DNA of 63,625 nucleotides, counting the filler. It is 6 parts of 6 records of this genome, joined end to end, with 100 filler letters (N's around TTAATTAATTAA, not from the genome) between each part and the next. Parts side by side here need not be neighbours in the genome. Positions count along the whole stretch, not along the records: positions 54,307 to 63,625 come from SRR31156797_22451; 5 more parts are not named here. The stretch is one strand, 5' to 3'. Positions within the stretch are counted from its first letter, which is position 1; each line of letters opens with the position of its first letter. The notes under the pieces are model-generated. The model ran no database searches, was not told the DNA's origin, and was given only the letters and a program-made list of their open reading frames with translations. Position numbers and translations under genes: made by a program. Shown here piece by piece: positions 57,714 through 63,625 of the stretch.

Positions 57714-58469
57714 ATGAGAAAAAAAATAGTTGCTGGTAACTGGAAAATGAACAAAACTCACACTGAGGCTGTGGAAACTTTAAAGGAGTTAGCTAGCTTA
57801 GTTGAAGGCGTAGACGGAGTAGGAGTAGTTATAGGAGCTCCATTTACAGCATTATCAGAAGCAGTAAAAGCTACAGAAGGAACTAAAGTAGATATTGCTG
57901 CACAAAACATGAACCCAAAGGATTCTGGAGCATATACTGGAGAAATATCTCCATCTATGTTAACAGCTTTAGGAGTAAAATATGTAATCTTAGGTCACTC
58001 TGAAAGAAGAGAATACTATGGAGAAACTAATGAGTTTATAAACGAGAAAGTTAAAGCGGCTTTAGCAGCTGGATTAACACCAATCTTATGTGTTGGAGAA
58101 AAATTAGAAGATAGAGAAGCAAACAAAACAGAAGCAGTTGTAGAGGATCACGTAAGAGGAGGAATGGTTGGGTTAACTGCAGAAGAAGCAGCTAAAACAG
58201 TTGTTGCTTACGAACCTGTATGGGCAATTGGAACTGGGAAAACTGCATCACCTGAGCAAGCTCAAGAAGTGCACGCTTTCATTAGAAATTTATTAGCTGA
58301 TATGTATGATGCTGATACAGCTCAAGAAATTACAATTCAATACGGAGGATCAATGAAACCTGCAAATGCAAAAGAATTAATGGGTCAAACTGATATCGAT
58401 GGTGGACTTGTTGGTGGAGCTTCATTAGAAGCAGGAAGTTTTGCAGAAGTAGTAAAAGCTGGATTATAA
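57714..58469 (+). CDS. tpiA: Triosephosphate isomerase
   Basis: 'AGNWKMNK', 'LGHSERR', 'AYEPVWAIGTG', 'YGGS', 'GLVGGASL'. Confidence 0.98.
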   Translation: MRKKIVAGNWKMNKTHTEAVETLKELASLVEGVDGVGVVIGAPFTALSEAVKATEGTKVDIAAQNMNPKDSGAYTGEISPSMLTALGVKYVILGHSERREYYGETNEFINEKVKAALAAGLTPILCVGEKLEDREANKTEAVVEDHVRGGMVGLTAEEAAKTVVAYEPVWAIGTGKTASPEQAQEVHAFIRNLLADMYDADTAQEITIQYGGSMKPANAKELMGQTDIDGGLVGGASLEAGSFAEVVKAGL

Positions 58470-58559
58470 GATTAATATAATTTAAATAATAAAACCGCAG
58501 GCTTATAGTCTGCGGTGTAGTTGTATGTATAGAAAAATTTTGAAAGAGGTGTAGAGTTA

Positions 58560-60101
58560 ATGTCAAAAAAACCTGTAGTGTTAATGATATTAGACGGATG
58601 GGGAATTAACGAAAACAAAGATCAAAAAAATGCAATTAGAGAGGTAAATCCTGCTAATTTTAATAAATATTATGCCGAATATCCAAGTGTTGAAATTAGT
58701 GCAGCAGGGGAAGCTGTAGGTTTACCTGATGGACAAATGGGGAATTCGGAAGTAGGTCATCTGAATTTAGGTGCCGGAAGAGTTATCTACCAACCATTAG
58801 TAAAAATTTCAAAAGATATTAAAGACGGTGTTTTCTTTGAAAATGCAGTATTAAATGAAGTAATGGATAAAGTAAAAGCTGGAGATAAAGCACTTCACCT
58901 AACAGGACTATTATCTGACGGAGGAGTTCATTCTCATATTGAACATCTATATGGATTACTTGAAATGGCAAAAAGAAAAGATATTAAAAAAGTATATATT
59001 CATGCAATTTTAGATGGAAGAGATACAGCGCCTAAATCTGCACTTATATATATTGAGCAATTAGAAGCTAAAATTAAGGAAATAGGAGTAGGGGCTATCG
59101 CAACTGTATCTGGTAGATACACAGCAATGGATAGAGATAAAAACTATGATAGAACTGAAAAAGCATATAGAGCTATTGTTTTTGGAGAAGGAGATAAGCA
59201 TCTTTCTGCTAAGAAAGCTGTTGAAGTTTCATATGGTGAGGAGTTAACGGATGAATTCGTTAAACCAACTGTAATAACAGACATGGCAGGAAATCCTCAC
59301 GGACTAATGAAATCAGATGACGGAGTTATTTTCTTCAACTTCAGGCCAGATAGAGCCAGACAATTAACAAGAGCAATTAATGATAAAGAATTCCATGGAT
59401 TTGTTAGGGGAGATCATCCAGAAGTAAATTTCGTGTGTATGAGACAATATGATGCTACGATAGAGGCACCTATAGTTTATACAGATGATGAAATAGTTAA
59501 TACTTTTGGAGAAGTTATTTCAAAAGCTGGATTGAAACAATTAAGAACAGCTGAAACTGAAAAGTATGCGCATGTTACTTTCTTCTTTAATGGAGGAATT
59601 GAAGAGGAATTTGAAGGAGAAGACAGACTTCTGACTGCTTCGCCAAAAGTAGCAACATATGACTTACAGCCTGAAATGTCGGCATATGAAGTAACTGATA
59701 AATTAATAGATGCATTAGATGCAGACAAATATGATGTAGTTATAGTCAACTACGCAAATCCTGATATGGTTGGACATACAGGAGATTTTGAAGCAGCTAA
59801 AAAAGCTGTAGAAGTTGTAGACGAATGTTTTGGTAAAGTAACAGCTAAAGTTCTAGAAAAATCTGGAACATTACTTGTAACTGCTGATCATGGAAATGTT
59901 GACTTAATGGAAGACCCTGAAACTGGAGTTCCATTTACAGCACATACAACTAATCAAGTTCCATTTGTCTTAATATCTGATGAACTTAAAAATGCAGAAT
60001 TAATATCTGATGGAAAACTAGCAGACATAGCTCCAACTATGTTGAAAATCTTAGGAATTGAAGTTCCGGCAGAAATGACAGGAGTTTCATTAATTAAGTA
60101 A
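58560..60101 (+). CDS. gpmI: 2,3-bisphosphoglycerate-independent phosphoglycerate mutase
   Basis: 'ILDGWG', 'GQMGNSEVGH', 'SDGGVHSH', 'AETEKYAHVTFFFNGG', 'DMVGHTG', 'TADHGN'. Confidence 0.98.
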   Translation: MSKKPVVLMILDGWGINENKDQKNAIREVNPANFNKYYAEYPSVEISAAGEAVGLPDGQMGNSEVGHLNLGAGRVIYQPLVKISKDIKDGVFFENAVLNEVMDKVKAGDKALHLTGLLSDGGVHSHIEHLYGLLEMAKRKDIKKVYIHAILDGRDTAPKSALIYIEQLEAKIKEIGVGAIATVSGRYTAMDRDKNYDRTEKAYRAIVFGEGDKHLSAKKAVEVSYGEELTDEFVKPTVITDMAGNPHGLMKSDDGVIFFNFRPDRARQLTRAINDKEFHGFVRGDHPEVNFVCMRQYDATIEAPIVYTDDEIVNTFGEVISKAGLKQLRTAETEKYAHVTFFFNGGIEEEFEGEDRLLTASPKVATYDLQPEMSAYEVTDKLIDALDADKYDVVIVNYANPDMVGHTGDFEAAKKAVEVVDECFGKVTAKVLEKSGTLLVTADHGNVDLMEDPETGVPFTAHTTNQVPFVLISDELKNAELISDGKLADIAPTMLKILGIEVPAEMTGVSLIK

Positions 60102-60141
60102 AGACTAGTTTATTGTAAATTATGAAATAACGGAGGCAGAA

Positions 60142-60369
60142 ATGACAGTATTATTAACAGTTCTACTATTTTTCCTAGCTATCTCACTTATTATCCTTGT
60201 GTTAATTCAACCGGATAGAAGTAATGGGATGTCAGGATCAATTGGTGGAGGAGCAGCAAACAGTGTATTTGGAATCAATGAGGATGGAGGTCCTTTAGCG
60301 AAAATTACACAAGTTGTTGCAACACTATTTATTCTTAATGCATTAGCATTATATCTGATAAGCAGATAA
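60142..60369 (+). CDS. secG: Preprotein translocase subunit SecG
   Basis: Two TMs with 'LVLIQP...GMSGSIGGG..SVFG' linker; follows glycolytic genes. Confidence 0.9.
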   Translation: MTVLLTVLLFFLAISLIILVLIQPDRSNGMSGSIGGGAANSVFGINEDGGPLAKITQVVATLFILNALALYLISR

Positions 60370-60382
60370 TTGATTATAATTG

Positions 60383-60414
60383 AGGTATGCAATAATAGTT
60401 TGCATACCTTTTTT
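60383..60414 (+). terminator. Intrinsic terminator after secG
   Basis: AGGTATGCAA / TTGCATACCT stem plus T-run. Confidence 0.8.
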
Positions 60415-60645
60415 ATAACATCTAAAAGAATATGCTGGAAAAATATTAGTTAACAAGAATAAAAAAATATAAAAATGAACTATAACGATGAATTTTATAA
60501 ATTTTTATTTATTATTCTATAAATTTATGTACAATAAAAAATTGTAAAAAATATTGTAAAATAGTGGAAAACTCAAGTAAACCTAGCTTTTAAAGCGGCA
60601 AATTTCTTGAGATGTAGATCGAATTATGATATAATTAGGAGGAGT

Positions 60646-61887
60646 ATGGACAATTTATTTTATAATAATTATAGTCAGTTACAACCTTTAGCATACAGGC
60701 TCCGACCTAAAAAAATAGAGGAGTTTGTTGGTCAGGAAAAAGTAATAGGAAAAGAATCGGTTTTAAGGAAATTTTTATTAAAAAATAAAATGATTAATGC
60801 GATTTTTTTTGGCCCGTCCGGGGTAGGAAAAACATCTTTGGCGGAATTAATATCCTTTGAACTTTCAGCAGAGTTTATTAGTCTTAATGCAACTAATTGT
60901 AGTATTAATGACATTAAAAAAATAGCTGTTGAAGCTGAAAAAAGATTAAAAATTCATGCTAAACAAACTGTTGTTTTTTTAGATGAAATTCATAGGTTTA
61001 ATAAACTTCAGCAAGATAGTCTGCTACCTTATACAGAAAGCGGAGTAATAACACTAATCGGGTCAACAACAGAGAATCCATATTATAATTTAAATAATGC
61101 ATTGTTATCAAGATGCATTGTTTTTGAATTTAAACCTTTAAATGATCAAGATATAATGAACTTGCTTAGTAGAGCATCTAATGAGTTGAATTTATCTTTA
61201 GATATGGAAATTCATGATTACATAGTTTCATTGTCAAAAGGTGACGCAAGAGTGGCGATTAACTATGTTGAATTGGTATCTAATTTAAAAGAAAATATTA
61301 CTATTCAAGAATTAAAAGAAATATTAAGTCATAGAAGTAATATATATCATAAAGTTGAAGATAAATATAATATAATATCTGCTTTCATCAAAAGCATAAG
61401 AGGAAGTGACCCCAGTGCTGCAGTTTACTGGATGGCAAGAATGCTCGATGGTGGAGAAGATCCCAGATACATTGCAAGAAGATTAATGGTACATGCATCT
61501 GAGGATATTGGAATGGCTAACCCAGAAGCATTAACAATTGCAACAAATGCAATGCTTGCAACTGAGAGAATAGGGATGCCTGAGGTTCGAATTATACTTT
61601 CTCACGCAACAATTTATTTAGCGATATCTTCAAAATCTAATTCGGTATATAAAGCTGTTGATGAAGCATTAAAAGATATTCAAAGTGGAGAAACTATGGA
61701 TGTACCAAAACATTTAAGGAACCAATATGCGGAACAGTATTTATATCCACATGATTATGATAAAAATTTTGTAATTCAGGAATATCTTCCTGAAAAAATA
61801 AAATATTATGTGCCTGGTAATAATAAGAACGAAAACTTAATAAAAGAAAAGTTGTCGAAATTATGGAGGGAAGAAAATGAGCATTAA
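60646..61887 (+). CDS. rarA: Replication-associated recombination protein A (RarA/MgsA)
   Basis: 'PLAYRLRP', Walker A 'GPSGVGKT', 'DEIHRFNKLQQD', 'SAFIKSIRGSDP', 'ASEDIGMANP', 'YLYPHDY'. Confidence 0.93.
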   Translation: MDNLFYNNYSQLQPLAYRLRPKKIEEFVGQEKVIGKESVLRKFLLKNKMINAIFFGPSGVGKTSLAELISFELSAEFISLNATNCSINDIKKIAVEAEKRLKIHAKQTVVFLDEIHRFNKLQQDSLLPYTESGVITLIGSTTENPYYNLNNALLSRCIVFEFKPLNDQDIMNLLSRASNELNLSLDMEIHDYIVSLSKGDARVAINYVELVSNLKENITIQELKEILSHRSNIYHKVEDKYNIISAFIKSIRGSDPSAAVYWMARMLDGGEDPRYIARRLMVHASEDIGMANPEALTIATNAMLATERIGMPEVRIILSHATIYLAISSKSNSVYKAVDEALKDIQSGETMDVPKHLRNQYAEQYLYPHDYDKNFVIQEYLPEKIKYYVPGNNKNENLIKEKLSKLWREENEH

Positions 61888-62827
61888 TATTGGAGACCTA
61901 TTAAGACAAACCAGAGAAGAAAAAAATATGACAATTGAGCAAGTTAGTGAAGAAACTAAAATCCAAAAAAGATATTTAATTGCTCTTGAAGATGAGAGAT
62001 ATGAGGAGTTACCTGGTGAAGTTCATGTAAAAGGTTTTATGCGAAATTATTGTAAAGCAATTGGGTTGAATCCAAATGAAGTTGTTGATATGTACAAAGA
62101 GCAAAAAGGTGAAAAATTCATTTCTTCTAGTGAAAAACCTGAAATGAAAGAAAAAAAATCTAAAATAACGCATGCAATTATTTTAATTATAATTATAGCA
62201 ATAGCAGGGATAATAGTTTTTAATTTTATTTTATCTAAAGCGGAACCTGAAAAAATTGAACAAAACTATGAAAAAATTGAATCTGTTGAAACTTATAAAG
62301 AAAAAATAGAAGAAAGTCCTGAAGAAGTTTCTGTTGAAATAGAAACTGAAACGAAGACTGAAAAAGAATCTGAGAAAATAGTTGAAGAAATAGAAACTGT
62401 TAATTCGGAGGGTTTAATAGAAGCAGCGGAAGAAAGTGCAGCAGAAGAAAATTCTGAGAAAGAAATACAATTAACGGAAACAAATAATGAGAGTGATAAG
62501 AGTGATGAAATAGAACCAAAGGAAGAAATCGTCGAGGAAAATATTGCTGAAGAAGAAATTGCAGAGAAAAAAGAAGAGATTCAAGATTCTGTCTATACAA
62601 AAAGAATAAAGATAAAAGTAGAGGGTAAGTCTTGGATAGAAATAAGAAAAAATAATTTAATAGTATATTCTGGAATAATGGAAAAAGAAGAAGTTTTATA
62701 TAGAGGAAAAGAAAAGGATAATTTTGAAATAAAAATAGGAAATGCTGGTGGAGTTAGGTTAATTTATAACGATGAAGATTTAGGAGTTCTTGGAAAACCA
62801 AGACAAGTTATAAGGAAGAAATTTTAA
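61877..62827 (+). CDS. rodZ: RodZ-like cell-shape protein (HTH_25 + TM + DUF4115)
   Basis: 'IGDLLRQTREEK...TKIQKRYLIALE...KGFMRNY'; TM; acidic linker; 'SWIEI', 'KIGNAGGV'. Confidence 0.85.
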   Translation: MSINIGDLLRQTREEKNMTIEQVSEETKIQKRYLIALEDERYEELPGEVHVKGFMRNYCKAIGLNPNEVVDMYKEQKGEKFISSSEKPEMKEKKSKITHAIILIIIIAIAGIIVFNFILSKAEPEKIEQNYEKIESVETYKEKIEESPEEVSVEIETETKTEKESEKIVEEIETVNSEGLIEAAEESAAEENSEKEIQLTETNNESDKSDEIEPKEEIVEENIAEEEIAEKKEEIQDSVYTKRIKIKVEGKSWIEIRKNNLIVYSGIMEKEEVLYRGKEKDNFEIKIGNAGGVRLIYNDEDLGVLGKPRQVIRKKF

Positions 62828-62859
62828 ATAATGAATTTTATATATAGAAAGGCGATAAT

Positions 62860-63625
62860 ATGAACATTAAAGCAGTAAGAGGAACAAAAGACATTTTATT
62901 TGAGGATTCTGAAAAATTTAATAATATTGTAAATATAGCTTTAGAAGTTTTTGAAAACTATGGTTATGGAAGAATCATCACTCCTATATTTGAGGAGACA
63001 GCTCTTTTTAAAAGAGGTATTGGAGAAGGTACTGATATTGTAGAGAAAGAGATGTACACTTTCGAGGATAAAGGTGGCAGAAGTATCACTTTAAGACCTG
63101 AAGGGACAGCATCTGTTGTTAGGTCTTATTTAGAGCATAAAATAGGAAAAAAAGAAGAGTTTAGTAAATTTTACTATTTTGGTCCAATGTTTAGATATGA
63201 AAGACCACAAGCAGGAAGATACAGAGAGTTTAATCAATTGGGTGTAGAGGCTTTTGGAAGCTCGGAAGCAGTTTTAGATGCAGAAGTAATCTCTTTAGGT
63301 TATGGACTTCTAAATAAAATTGGAATAGAAGAACTTGAAGTTCAGATAAATTCAGTTGGTGGAAAAGAGAGTAGAACAGTTTATAGAGAGAAACTAGTTA
63401 ATTTTTTAAGCGATAAAGTTGATTCACTTTGTGATGACTGTAAAACCAGATATGAAAAAAATCCTTTAAGGGTTTTAGACTGTAAAGTAAAATCATGTCA
63501 GGAAGCAACAAAAGATGCACCAGTATTAACAGAAAGTTTATCAGATGAAGAAAAAACTCATTATAATGAAGTGAAAAAATATCTGGATGCATTTGATGTA
63601 AAATACACAGAAAATCCAAAATTAG
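62860..63625 (+). CDS. hisS: Histidine--tRNA ligase, 3' truncated at window end (absent from the ORF track)
   Basis: Translation from ATG 62860: 'MNIKAVRGTKDI...TPIFEETALF...TDIVEKEMYTF...LRPEGTASVVR...GPMFRYERPQAGRYREFNQLGVE'. Confidence 0.95.
   Translation, partial: MNIKAVRGTKDILFEDSEKFNNIVNIALEVFENYGYGRIITPIFEETALFKRGIGEGTDIVEKEMYTFEDKGGRSITLRPEGTASVVRSYLEHKIGKKEEFSKFYYFGPMFRYERPQAGRYREFNQLGVEAFGSSEAVLDAEVISLGYGLLNKIGIEELEVQINSVGGKESRTVYREKLVNFLSDKVDSLCDDCKTRYEKNPLRVLDCKVKSCQEATKDAPVLTESLSDEEKTHYNEVKKYLDAFDVKYTENPKL

Noticed and set aside
62250-62590. GAA-rich low-complexity stretch
   Set aside because: Encodes the acidic disordered linker normal for RodZ-type proteins

Overview
This window is not one genome. 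It is six unrelated contigs joined by five 100-nt N-linkers that carry TTAATTAATTAA (stops in all six frames). (1) 1-7053: GC-rich alphaproteobacterium with a class-V PLP enzyme, a divergent Lrp regulator and aapJQMP. (2) 7154-15042: Arcobacter-like flagellar cluster (fliL, flgH, flgK, fliD, fliS) plus tilS and rimO. (3) 15143-24911: Bacteroidota with a partial tRNA-Pro, a T9SS BNR/VPS10 protein, an orphan AmrS radical SAM enzyme, a FISUMP lipoprotein and an Ig-like/glucoamylase-family protein. (4) 25012-47577: marine Bacteroidota with rhodanese lipoproteins and an FNR-like regulator, TPR regulators, an unknown three-gene exported operon, a CysJ-like flavoprotein, a RAYT with REP palindromes and a run of co-oriented accessory genes with integron-cassette-like boundaries. 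(5) 47678-54206: clostridial contig with a GT-C islet bracketed by tRNA 3'-end repeats, and an OpuC-type transporter behind a terminator-containing leader. (6) 54307-63625: Fusobacteriota-like contig with cheC-cheD-fliA, tpiA, gpmI, secG, rarA, rodZ and hisS. The best leads are the attC-like cassette array, the candidate Na+-type riboswitch, the RAYT with a broken HUH motif and an in-frame REP, the shared FlgK/FliD insert and the TPR/coiled-coil lipoprotein operon. All family and taxonomy calls come from motif recognition by eye; no searches were run.
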